Source of the DNA: Rhodosorus marinus CCMP1338
Lineage: Eukaryota; Plantae; Rhodophyta
Direction: 5' to 3'
Length of the DNA: 64,000 nt
Assembly: GCA_029953675.1 (NCBI GenBank)
Contig: JAMWBK010000002.1
Coordinates: 1,302,001-1,366,000 of the forward strand
A model generated the notes under the pieces. It was not told the origin of the DNA, did no database searches, and saw only the letters and a list, made by a program, of their open reading frames with translations. The stretch's first letter is position 1; every line of letters starts with the position of its first letter. Positions 50,226 to 61,970 of this stretch are shown here, piece after piece. The position numbers and the translations under genes were made by a program.

Positions 50226-51116
50226 CCGTACTTTCTCAGATATACCGCTCTTGGTCCTTTCCGCAACCCCAATCTAACGTCTCCTCACACACACATTAGC
50301 TGGATGCTAGCTGGATGCAGGTTCGTCTAATAATTACCTTTTTTCAACTCCGTGTGCCCTGCATCTAAAATGTTTTAATATTCAAATAAAACGCCCAACG
50401 ACGGGGTTGTTCACAGCCAATGAAAACGTACGAGGTAGGATATCGCCATCAGATCATCCATTTTTCTATTTCTGACGGAGTAGAATCAACGTTGTCTTTT
50501 CAAAAACTAAGGAAAAACATGCTCGTGGCAGCAAAGGACGAGGACGCGATCGGGCAACGACAAGTGTACAACATGGAGCACTGCCATACTCTTTTGAGTG
50601 ATATCTAGCTGCACTGCTTGTTGATACAGGAGAACTGCGGCTAGTCGCAAGTCAAAGGGTCCGATGGACTCGAAAACTCTCAGCGCACGGGTATCCTCAC
50701 GCAGAATTAAGGAGCTTTTGCTTCCGATCCGCGTCCCAGTGACTTAGCTGAAGGGTAGCTCCAGTTTTCTTCCCGGCCTGCTCCGTTCTTGAATTTGTCC
50801 CAAAGGCTTTCTCTCTCGATTGTGAAACCCCATTTCATCAACATCGCCGCAGTTTTTGCGTCGATCCGATAAATCGAAGTGATCCGGAAGCACAGTGAGA
50901 GCCAAGAAAGCAAGGAAACATGTTTTACTTGATCTGATTACCTCTAGACTACTGTTCCATTCCCCTTCTCCAGAACGCGCAGAGATTCCCCAGTGCTTCC
51001 GTCGCGCCAGCGTATATCCTTTTCTCTCGTTCCTGTGGAGGCGGCAGGAGTTTGACGGTCAGCATCGTGACAGGTTCCATGAGAACGTATGAAAGAAGTT
51101 GCAGTATTGATCGGAC

Positions 51117-52144
51117 ATGGATGATATAGCGAACATTCTAAAAGACAACATAGCCATCGCGATCGGCGCGATAGCGCTGCTGGGCGCCATCGGATGGTGG
51201 CTGTTCGCTGCGTCAGGTGGCCCGGTGATGGACAAGCAGGTGGCGAGAGCCTTTCCACTGGTGGAGAAGACTGTGTTGACTGAGAACACACGTCTGTTCA
51301 GGTTTTCAGTGGGTGCTGGAAAGAAGCTTGGACTACCGGTCGGGAGACACGTACGGCTTATAGCGCCAGCTGGTCCTTCCAAAGCGGAAATATTTAGAAG
51401 CTACACGCCGGTTTCCACGGCAGATATTGTGGGGCACTTTGATCTGCTGATCAAAATATATCCTACTCCGGGAGGAGCGATGGGTCGCTACTTGGACAGT
51501 CTCGAGATCGGCCAGACTATCGACGTGAAGGGACCCTTTGGGCTCTTTGATTATCAAGTCGGCAAATTCAAGGAGCTGGGAATGCTAGCTGGAGGCACAG
51601 GCATTACCCCAATGTATCAGGTATATACGCCCTAAAACATCAAACAGGCAGCGTTTTCTCAAGAGCTTGACTTGCGCTAAGGCTCAGCTCCGTATCGAAA
51701 CCCAACCCCTCGTCAAGGTTATAAGTGCGATTCTGGACAACCCCAAGGATACAACGCGAGTCAGATTAATATTCGCCAACGTCAAGGAGACTGATATTCT
51801 GATGAAATCAAGACTGGAAGAATTGGCCAAGAGCTTCCCTGAACAATTCTCCGTCTATTTTGTTCTCAATGAACCACCCCCAGGCTGGGAGGGTGGCTCT
51901 GGGTTCATTTCTGAAGCACATATAAAAGAGCATGTTGGACTTCCTGAGACTGACAAACAGGTATGAGAGATTCCCTCCATCACACGACAGGAAATAACAG
52001 AAAGTGTTTTATTTCGCCTTTGCTGACTTGCAATCTTACAAACGTCCCTAGGTGCTCCTCTGTGGTCCTCAGCCAATGAATCGAGCCATGAGGGTCAACC
52101 TGACTAATCTTGGTTACGAAAAGTCAGATATATTTGCATTCTAG
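51117..52144 (+). CDS. NADH-cytochrome b5 reductase; exons 51117-51620, 51718-51960, 52052-52144
   Basis: N-terminal TM anchor, LGLPVGRHV, RSYTPVS, GHFDLLIKIYP..GAMGRYL, KGPFG, GMLAGGTGITPMYQ, LIFANVKETDIL, LCGPQPM. Confidence 0.95.
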
Positions 52145-52642
52145 ATCGAGCATAGAGCATCTGGATCTCTTCCTTTCTCCCTCTTCTGGTGCGGGAGCTG
52201 CTTTACTGTATTATTAGGTCAACCCTGAGTGAACGCGCTAAAGAGAGAGATAGAATTCAAAGTTTGGTGTTCAATTTTTCGCTCTCCTGAAATGCACTAC
52301 AGAAACCTACTTAAGAACTCCGAGCCAGATGCCCAATATAAAGTAACTCTCCAAAACTGGCGGGGATGCCTGTTGTGCGTTTTCGTACTTTCGTCCTTCA
52401 CGTTGTTACGCACAAGCTAAAGCTTTCAGGATCAGCTCGACGGCATGCTCATGCGTGTTTATCGCTCGTTCCACTTTGGCTATCTCTTGCGACGGGTACT
52501 AGCTTGGAACAGCGTCGACTAGTAATCTTTTGGTGCCAGGTCATAACTCAGAAATGAAAGCTTGACGTACTTCCACAGAGACATCCCCGGCCCCCGCGAG
52601 GCATAGGCTGCTGATTGTTGATGATTTTCAGAAGGTTGTTTT

Positions 52643-53202
52643 TCAGACTTCAATCTCCTCAATTGTACCTGGTGGCGGCGGTGGATCCAGGGCAAGTGCG
52701 ACCATCGCCTCTGCTTTGTCCCGTTCTCGTCTGTAGTTCGCTCTGCAGTAAATCCTAAGATCGAAGGCATGTTCCGTATTGAGAATTCAGGAGGTAGACA
52801 CGACCATATACAGCGTGGACAGCTACTCACCAGGAAACACCGGAGACTACAGCGGAAAGTCCTACAAAGACGTCCAGACCTTTCCATCCATTTCCTGTTT
52901 GATGACGATATTTCACTGATGAGAACCTTGTCGAGCCTGGTCAAATCGCCCTCAGGGCTTCCAACGTGAAAATCCAACCCACTTGTACGCAGAGCACGCA
53001 GTACTCCTACACTAAATCCTGAGGCAACTCCAGTCAACGTGGAATCTCTGAAACATGGCAGAGTCCAGAAACGAAACAGAAACGAAGTTGACATGGTATC
53101 AACCTCCTCACCCACGCGCACGCCGGGCACTTCAACACCAGGCGGCGGTGGAAGGTCACGTTCCGCAGATTCATCCGTAGGCCCAACTTGATTTATGCTC
53201 AT
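52643..53202 (-). CDS. COX20: Cytochrome c oxidase assembly factor COX20 (131 aa); exons 53202-52983, 52894-52831, 52754-52643
   Basis: LPCFRDSTLTGVASGFSVGVLRAL..GWKGLDVFVGLSAVVSGVSW|IYCRANYRRER: PCFR and W-x-YCR motifs around two hydrophobic segments. Confidence 0.8.
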
Positions 53203-53879
53203 GATTTTTAACTTTAAATACGTTCCTCAAATAAAATCAAAATATGCGACGCACGCAAGGATCCAACACTAGATCTACTCTTACCCCAATCCACCTCAAC
53301 CACATCGCGCGCGATCCTCACATGGAAAACTATCCATGCACAAGAGCTTCCGTATATTTAGAACAATATTTTCTATATTAAGAATTAAAACTCATATTAT
53401 CAGTCATTAGGAAGTATTTCTAAAACTCTACGACTCAATGAACTTAATTATTAACTTTTCGGGTTTAGATATTCCTATTCGGGGATTGTTTCACCCATTG
53501 GCGTCTTTCACGTGTTGACGTATATTTAGATGATTCTGGATATATTAGAATCAATGAAGTACAATATACCGCAATATTGCTCAAGAGAGGACTATTTAGA
53601 AATTCTATGAAATAATGTGCTTAATTATGATTATCATTTGCGTCCACACTAGCTGCGTATATTTGGAAATGGACTTTTATATTAAGGGAGATGATGCATA
53701 TTATTATTCAATAGGAGAATATTTCGAAAACTCAACGACATGAAATGCTTAATTATGATTGTTTAGGTACCCTTTGCGGATATTGTGGGTACCAGGTTTC
53801 TGCTCAGGCAAAGGGCGAAGTGACGAGGGTTGGGGCACTGCGGATTAGGACAACGAAATGAGCATTTTAGTTCGTGCTT

Positions 53880-54740
53880 AGCTCCATCTGACAAACAAAT
53901 AAATTGGGCATTTCAAAAAGGCAACTCTCCCGTTGTTTCTGTGTCGTATCTTCTGAAGGTTCTACATTGTGATAATTTATGAAAGTATCCTCAACGTCGC
54001 TCTTCTTCCCCATTGGAAATATTCTCAGATACCCCGATTTTTCATCAGTGAAAGTCACGAATTGAGAGAAGTTTCTTGTGTCTGATCGCGGTAAAGCCCC
54101 ACAGACATCGCTGTCTATTATATCTGCAACCTCCAGCGCATCAACCCCTTGCGGCTGCCCTTGCGGCTGCCCTTGCGGCTAAGGGGGGGTTGCGGCTGCC
54201 CTTGCGGCTAAGGGGGGGTTGCGGCTGCCCTTGCGGCTAAGGGGGGGTTGCGGCTGCCCTTGCGGCTAAGGGGGGGTTGCGGCTGCCCTTGCGGCTAAGC
54301 AGGGGTTGCGGCTGCCCTTGCGGCGCGGTGCCCTTGCGGCTTTCTTTTCATCTTTGTGAGACAAGTGAGACATTTCGCGCCCGCATCTAACATCCTTTTG
54401 GCCGTTTGGTCGTCCGTGTGGCCAGTGTGAAAAAGGGCATCCGATAGTAAACTCCTTCACGCGATTCTCGGAGGCCGAACAGTGCCCACTTGCAAGCACC
54501 TACTCCTTACAGTGACGCTCTAAACGTAAATTGAAAGCACGGAAAACGTTTCCATGAACGCGACGAGCTGATGTGCTTGAGGACTGGCTACAGTCATGGT
54601 CAGCATGAACTGTGTTCAGTTAACCAAGCCGGGACGTGTTGACATTGGGCGCCGCCGAATTGCACGACAACTACAATGGTCAGGACCCTACTCGCGTCCG
54701 TGTGCCATTGCCAACGCGCCGGATCCAATTCTGTAGCCTT
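53880..54740 (-). mobile_element. Ty1/copia remnant: protease tail, GAG-pre-integrase/HHCC region and integrase core
   Basis: LFHTGHTDDQTAKRMLDAGAKCLTCLTKMKRKP (~54436-54339), then the minisatellite, then ALEVADIIDSDVCGALP..FVTFTDEKSGYLRIFPMGKKSDV (~54140-53990). Confidence 0.8.
54146..54341. repeat. G-rich minisatellite: 12-mer GCCCTTGCGGCT and 29-mer GCCCTTGCGGCTAAGGGGGGGTTGCGGCT (4 perfect copies plus 1 variant, 54169-54313)
   Basis: Read directly from the sequence. Confidence 0.95.
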
Positions 54741-55253
54741 TTGCAGCTAGAAAAGTCAACGCACTGCTGGCACAAACCTTGAAGTTTGCTACTCCTCGTC
54801 GTCCCACGGTTTTCTTCCATCAGTCCTTGACCTTCTTGGCTGGCCTATTGTCATATCCCGTCTAATTGCTTCCTTATTTTCGGAACATCCCCGAGCGTCT
54901 CTCCCACCGCTTCACGTTTGAAACATTCTCTAATATGCATAGCCGTAGTTGTCGCTCTCTGCTCCTCAACGTTTAGGCATCCAACCTTCTTTTCATGGTA
55001 ATCCTGGGACTGATTTCGAAGCTAGCATGTTTGGCTGTCAACCTTCAATCAACTATTCAGTAGTCAGTAGGTCTCGTCTTCAACCGACATGACCTTCTGA
55101 TGATCCCATTGAAGAGGCATGGGCTAATGGCAGAGCTCTACTAGGATCTTGATGGATCATAAAGGTTATCCCAGGAAGGCTAGCAACCGAAGAGGATTCT
55201 AAATGAGGGTGCAGAGAACCATCTCTACTCTCCTAATTGGAGTATGAGATAGC

Positions 55254-58200
55254 ATGATGGAACTGAGAAGAGCTGGTGTTGAGCTTTCCAGCGGTGTTGT
55301 GTTAAAGGATCCTGGACAGCAACAGCAAACGGTACGGCGCTTCCTTTTGAGGCACTGAGCAATTTCGGGCCTTTCTTCCAGCAAAATGTTTTGCCTTTTG
55401 GTTGGCTTTATCTGCTGAAATGCTGGATCCCTCGTTTTGGCTTGGTTTAGGGTTTGCCGTTTGGTCTGATTTGGACACCTTTCAATGCCGTTAATGATAT
55501 CAAGTTGGTATCTGAGCGACCCCCGCAATGCACGGCTTGTCAAGGATTATATTCCAGGCTCTGTCAAGTTAACCTCGTTACAATGCTGTGGAAATGCGTG
55601 CTCTGTCGCGCTCTAAATGATGCACGACATATACCGACCATACCTCAGGTAAGAATGCTCTGAACTGATAAGAACGATGAAGAGGATCCAAACCCAAGAA
55701 AGGATATTTGGGGGTTACGTTTGAAGGACGATGAAGGAAGCACGGCACGGATGAACTCAGAAGTAGACGTCGCAGAGTATATCCTGCCGTCTGAGGGAAA
55801 CACCAGAGTCGATTGCAGGTGCTATCCTCTAGTCCAAGAGCCAAACTCGCATCGTTCTCTGCAACGTCTTAGAATCTATCAACTGATCACACAAACTACC
55901 GTACTTTCTTTGAAAAACAACTTGACAGGCTCATGTTCATTATCGATGAACATATCGGCATCGATGAGATCGAAATGGCGAAGATAGCGGAAATTGCTAC
56001 ATCAGCTGCAATCGCAAGAGGTCTCTACAACTAGCCAAAGACAAGCTTTACCGCTTCAGAACATTGATTGTTAAAAGTCCCTCCGAAGTTGCATAGGCAT
56101 CCGATTGTTGATAGAACTCTGGAACTGGTGACCTAGTTGTTTTCAGAGGTTGAAGAACGATGCTTAGCAGTCCAACGTTGGTTTACCACTGGTTCGAACA
56201 GGATATGAAGTAGCCTTAATGCTTTTTGGTGAAGCCACGAGCTTGGTGGATTTTGGTCATGCAAGAGAACCCAGCGACGAGGAGTCACCTGTGCAGATCA
56301 TTCTCGACGTGCTGGCACCGGAGGAGGTCGCTCAGATGTCTGCAAGCGAGAAGGATTCGTATTTTTCTGCCGATGCTGACCTCGTCTCGGACAGTGTGTG
56401 GAGCGCGGTCAGATCAAAGCAAGAAGGTAATAAATGGAAGATCAGCACCTAGCACGGGACGGCTTGTTTTTTTTGGGAGAAAAAAGTGGTCTGAACAAGC
56501 ATGATGGTTTTGCGCTTTTGTTTTGGGTTCGTTTAGCACGGAAGGAAGCTACTGCGAAGGAGAGAATTCGGAACAGAAGGAGAAGCAGCCAGAAACGGGA
56601 GCGCCGCCTTGATATTGCCCTCGAGATCGCTCTCGAATTGCTGCAGAAGGATCTCAGTGACTACTCGACGCTACGTGTGGCTACGTTGCTGAGTGGTCGG
56701 CCTTCGCTTGGAGTAGAGGGCCTTGAAGATGAAGAGGAGTTCGAGATGGCCCTCACCAGTACGATGAGAAAGATCGGGAAACAGGCTGCAAGTATGAGAG
56801 CTGTTCTTGACTTTTTCTGCTTCGCGGCAATCCACGGCTTTGCAGCCTCAGCGCTCTTGGCTGCTGCCGTTGCCTCCGGGGGTGGAATAGTTCTCAGTGC
56901 TATGCACGGCTTAAGCTCCCATGAGCATGTATCATCTGTTTTTCGATTCATTACTGTGCGCGCGTTCGCTTCCGGAGGAAGAATTGAAGCCCGTAGCAGC
57001 AAAGAGCTCGAATTGCAACATGTCATCGGCCCAGCAGTTGAAGGTATGTTCCAAGAGAGCACTGCGGTACTATTGGGAGGCGAGCTGAGCATGTACAAAC
57101 CTTTGCTCTCGTTCAGGGGAAGATGCGTCCAGTTTTAAGATTCCAAGCGTCGAGAGGGAAATCGGATTTGCACTATTTTATGAGGTCGTGGGATCTGTTG
57201 AGAGTTGCTTTATTCAGTTGGTATCGGAGCGTAGGGACGTTGGATCCGAGTGTGTCACAGTAAGATGCGTTACTTTCAAAGTGGGGAAGTCCACATCGGA
57301 GGATGTGTATACAAGGAGCATTAGGCCCGTGATCGCAGCAACCATGTTAGCAAAGCGGTCCCTGTTGAAAAGTTTTGGAGCTAGCGCCTTGACGAGAAAG
57401 AGCGAGGCTGAAAGTATTGTGGATTCAGCTGCAATATCCCTTATTGATGGAAGCATAGGGAGCACTGCAGCAGCAAAAGCAATTGTCCGCTGTCTCTACG
57501 ACTTACGAAGAGGCGTGCTTCTTGGTAGACAACTTCACAAGGATGACGCTGTTTGTCTGCGCGCGTTGTTATGCAACGCTGAACCATCGCTTGCTGCGAA
57601 ACTGATCTCACCTCGGCTGCTGAAATTGGAGAAAAGCTCGACGAACAACGAGAAGAACATAAGCAGCGGAGACGCTGAACATGTACTTGCCGGTGTTGGG
57701 ATAGAAGGACACGAGGTCAGTCTATCTTGAAGAACAAACCCTTACCCTTCGCCGCGCAATGAGTGCACAGTGACGACGAGGATACATAAGAAGCCTAAAA
57801 CAGACCCACACATGTTGTTGCCTGACAGGTTGCCGGTGATTGGACCTCTCTCCAACCGGATTCGTTGCTTATGATGGATGCTGGTACTGAAATCTTCATC
57901 TGGCAGGGTTCGCAAGTCTCTTGGGGTGGAAACATAGATATCGCGGAATACTGCAGAAGTGCTCTAGTTCCAACTGCTACGAAGAGGGTTCCACCAGCTC
58001 AGGTATACCGGCTATTTCAACCTTTACTCAGCCACGAGCAGCTCTCTATCACCAAAGTCTTGTAAATCGCACTAGTCGTCTACTATCCATTGTCATCGGA
58101 CAACACAACTGAATCAAGCCTCGTTCTCTGTACCTCGTAAGGTGTGGAGCTTCCGTGAAGGCGAGTCAATGTCGCGAATGATGTTGTGTAGGCTCAGCCC

Positions 58201-58270
58201 GGATTCAGCTGGTCAGGGAGCCCTCGGATCAGAGCAATCATTTGAGGCATACTTTCGATCACTTGAATAA
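55254..58270 (+). CDS. Divergent SEC23/SEC24-family COPII coat protein (multi-exon; internal exon boundaries only partly resolved)
   Basis: GLPFGLIWTPF; zinc finger PPQCTACQ..WKCVLCRALN; trunk (vWA)-like exons; gelsolin-like MMDAGTEIFIWQG; last exon VWSFREGESMSRMMLCRLSP..EQSF..*. Confidence 0.8.
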
Positions 58271-58370
58271 GTCGGATGAGACAACTTAACCTTCCGAGAT
58301 AGTTATGAACCTGTGCTTATACGGTGCAGTAGAAACGCGGAAGAAAGACCATATGCGCAAATTCCACCTT

Positions 58371-60236
58371 CTACTCATTGACAATATGGCGCCGACAAAA
58401 TGCATCGATTCGGTCGAACGCTTCTTCCAGAATCGAAGCCGGAGCTGCGTATACAACACGAAAAAAATTGTCGGCCTCGAAACATCTACCGGGAAGGACC
58501 TGAGAATGAGAACAGCGCAATCAAATGAAACGTGTACAGTGAGAAATTATTCAGAACATGTGAATAGTGAATAAACCAAAACAACGTGCTTCGCCTTAGT
58601 GCACTCATTTTGTCGCTACCTCCACAGCTTCTTCTTCAATCAGCTTCTCAGCAAACTGATAGTCGTCCGTAAAGCCTGATGAAAAATTCCACCGACAACA
58701 CATACTGTCAGGCGGAGGTTGTACATGACCGGGACACTTCTCCACTAACGTACCGAGCGCCGCGGTATCGACCATTACCATGGCATACATCGCTCCTTGG
58801 GGGTGAATACAGTTCAGCCCTGGTACAGCGTTTAGCCTGGTTTCCGTCAGAGCTGCGTTCTCTTCTAGTACCTTCATCAAGTCCCGTAAATGACTGTCAG
58901 GTTTTACCCGCCCAAAAAACCACAAGGACGAATTAGGTGGGACATAGGAGCGCTGCCATACGAACTCGACCTCAACTCTTACCCTGAGAACCCAGAAAGC
59001 ATATACTCTACAGCATTCTGCATTGGAGTCGCTGGGCAAAGCATCCTGGTTGTCATTTTTCTCAGTCCCACTCGAACCTTTTACGACAGAGAAGCGGAGC
59101 GTCGGTGATGAGTGCTTCACGACGAGCAAGAACATCAGCTTTCGGCAAAGGCAAGTCCTTCATACCTCATCAAGAGCACCGACCGGGTCGTGGACAAGTA
59201 TCCATCCAAGCCTCCAGCCTGGTACAACGAATTTCTTGCTAATGCCTCCTACAGTAAGCACGGGGACATCAGAGCACACGCACGCCATGGGGGTAAACTC
59301 GCTGCTCCCGAATGTCATATCCGCATAGATCTCATCGCACAGAATCGGGATCTAAAACATGAGAAAACAGTTTTGGCGAGTGCAAGGTTCAGGTTTGTTC
59401 AGTGGGTTGTGGCCACATCGACCGGTAGCGACCGGTGCATCTGCAAAGGCCTAAGCGACGAGAGTGAGCCGGTTATCAAGTTACCTGCAAGCGAGCGGCC
59501 AGCTGAGCTATCTCTTCACAATGCTGTCTAGAGTACACACTTCCACACGGATTGGAGGGATTGTTGATTAGGATCGCACGGGTCCGATCGTCCGCAGCAG
59601 ATTCTATTGTCTCAAGGTCGATCTCCCAGAGCTTTTCAGGGTCCAGCTTGTAGCGCCGGGTTTCAATGCCATAACCTGCACGCCAAAGAGGGCCATCAAT
59701 TCTTCTGACTTTGGTGCTTGGTGTCTATCCGCAAGCACTTTTCTCAAGATTTGAGTGATCATACCTCCAGCTATGGTCCTGAAAAGTGGAAACCCAGGAG
59801 CTGGTACTAAGATATTGTCACCTTCGTCAGCGATTGTCCCTAAAGCGCACTCGAGCGCTCCGGAGGCGCCCGCAGCTAGGAAACAATCCTTTGTAGAATA
59901 AGAAACTTTGCTCGTAGACGATCCCCCCGCTGTCTCAGTTGCCCAAGTGGCGATGCTTTCTCTCGCAGCAACGCTTCCCATCGACAACGAGTATCCATCC
60001 GCAACTCCTTCAGTTATCGTAGATGCTAAATGTGCGACCACCTCCTTCGGCGGTCGAAGGTTTCCGTACGTCGTAGGGTCTCCATTTGACAGTTTTATCA
60101 GCGAACGGCCTTCTGGAAGTTTTCTCGGGGGATCTGGTTGCACGAATTCCCGAATTGGGTTGTTTGTTTGCTGGGCTCGCTTTGAGCTCTTCACGATCCG
60201 AAAGGATGGAGCCCCGGAGTCCTCGCTCGCCCGCAT
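58371..60236 (-). CDS. TAT: Tyrosine/nicotianamine aminotransferase family (class I PLP) enzyme, multi-exon; start codon uncertain
   Basis: LSNGDPTTYGN, GYSLSMG..AR, NILVPAPGFPLF, ILINNPSNPCGSVYS, ILCDEIYADM, GGISKKFVVPGWRLGW (PLP lysine), VLPGRCF..FFRVV..AFDRIDAFCRRH*. Confidence 0.93.
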
Positions 60237-61970
60237 TGCATAAGCTCTTGTTCTAGTCAATACTAGATTCCCACAGAACAGTAGCGGATCCATATCCAAC
60301 TCCGTCCACTACCTACTCCTGGGCCACGGCACCCACTGCAGCCGTTCTTGGCAGAGTCAACCTCCAAGAGTTCAACCTGCCGCAGCACATCGTCGTCTTG
60401 TACACCGGGTCCAATGCAGATTTAAATATAAAAATGCTATTTGTAAAACCTAATGAGTGATCTAGGGCAGAGGGCAGCACAGAATCACTGGCCAAGTAGC
60501 GCGAAGGTATCTGTCGAAGTCGTTCGGTGTGAGCGCTTGAACAGGCCACAGACCATTCGGAGCACCAGCGCCTGGGGTAGTGACAGTTGAAGATAAATCC
60601 TAGACTAAATGTCCACGCTGTGCTTCTCGTATACCCTCCTGTTGGGTGCGTGCTCTACACATGCTCCGTTGACCCGCCGCAGAGACCAGAACGAGCTCAC
60701 GCGCCTTGTCCAGATCGTACCGCCAGCACCTTCAGCCAATCAAATTTCTTAGTCAGTCCATTAGGCACATATTAAGCGCTCTACTCCAATCCAAATATAA
60801 TTACAGTACTAAATCTTTTTGAGCTATAGTAATTGGCTGAAGGTCTTTTCAAATTAAGATCATCAGCATATATCAAAGCCTCGACGGATCCTCTCGGGGG
60901 TAGTGCAACCCGACAAAAATAGAACTCCTTGTCTTCCAGTAAAAAACTTCCAACGAAGGAGAGCTGCCACCCCCGCCCCCCCACCGTCGATCTCTGCAAA
61001 TCTCGAAGATGAGCGAGTGTAAGCTCATTGGGTGTGCCTTCAAGGTATGCTCCAAAAATCTAAAACAACACCTCGAACTTTCTAAATTAAGGCAATGTAG
61101 TCCTTAAAAATATATTTCAATGAATAATAAAACGAGTTCAGGTGTGATGGGCGAAATCCACATTCGTTAACATGCCGCCTCCTGAAGACGTGACTTCTAT
61201 TTTTGTGTTTCCTCCACATCAAACAGAGATAAGCGTCATTGAATTCAGTCAATATAAAGAATTTATATTGATTATATATTTCATTTTGGGGTAATGGAGA
61301 TTGAGTTTTGGTAAATATATATATACATATATATATATATATTTATTTATAGTGACGTTAATGGAGATGTTAATATGAAAAAAAAAACAAGCGTGTTTTT
61401 TTGTTTGGGAATGTGTTCTTATGGCACTGGGATTGGCGATGGGTTGGGGAATGGTCACTTTTCATCCCGCAAAAAGGGACGCCATGGGTTGAGAAGAGTA
61501 ACATTTGGTTTTAGAAAGGAAAATGTTTGGCCACACTTTTGTTGTTAAAAATGAGGGTTTTGAGGTTACATAGTTGGATGGCATTTTTGGAGGAGGGGCA
61601 TTATGGGGTTGATTGGGGTGGGGGGGGGGGGGGGGGAGGGGTTAAGCAGATTATGTTTTCATATTTTGGAGATGTGCTTTGATCTAAAACCCAAGGAGGA
61701 AAACATGACGAAGAAGAAAGAGTATTGAGCAAGTTTGTTTTTGGTTCTTTTGCTTCGAGCAGGGATACTTGTGCTAGTGGGTTTCGCGTGTTTGTGGTTT
61801 GGCCGCCGGATGGTCTAATGTTGATTACCAGCTTAGGATTGTTTGCACACTTTTGAGGGTTTGTCCCCCGGAGGATTTGTTTTCTGTGCGTCTTTTCCTC
61901 TTTTTTTTGCATCTGGCTTGTTCTATAGATTGCTTTTGGGGCCTTATCCCCGCTGGATGAATGTGTTCAG

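Noticed and set aside
55500-55520. CAAGTTGGTATCTGAGC, a close match to an LTR end plus tRNA-iMet primer-binding site
   Set aside because: It lies inside the SEC23-like coding exon (DIKLVSER) with no LTR upstream; treated as coincidence. The same applies to TGGTATCAGA at 47491.
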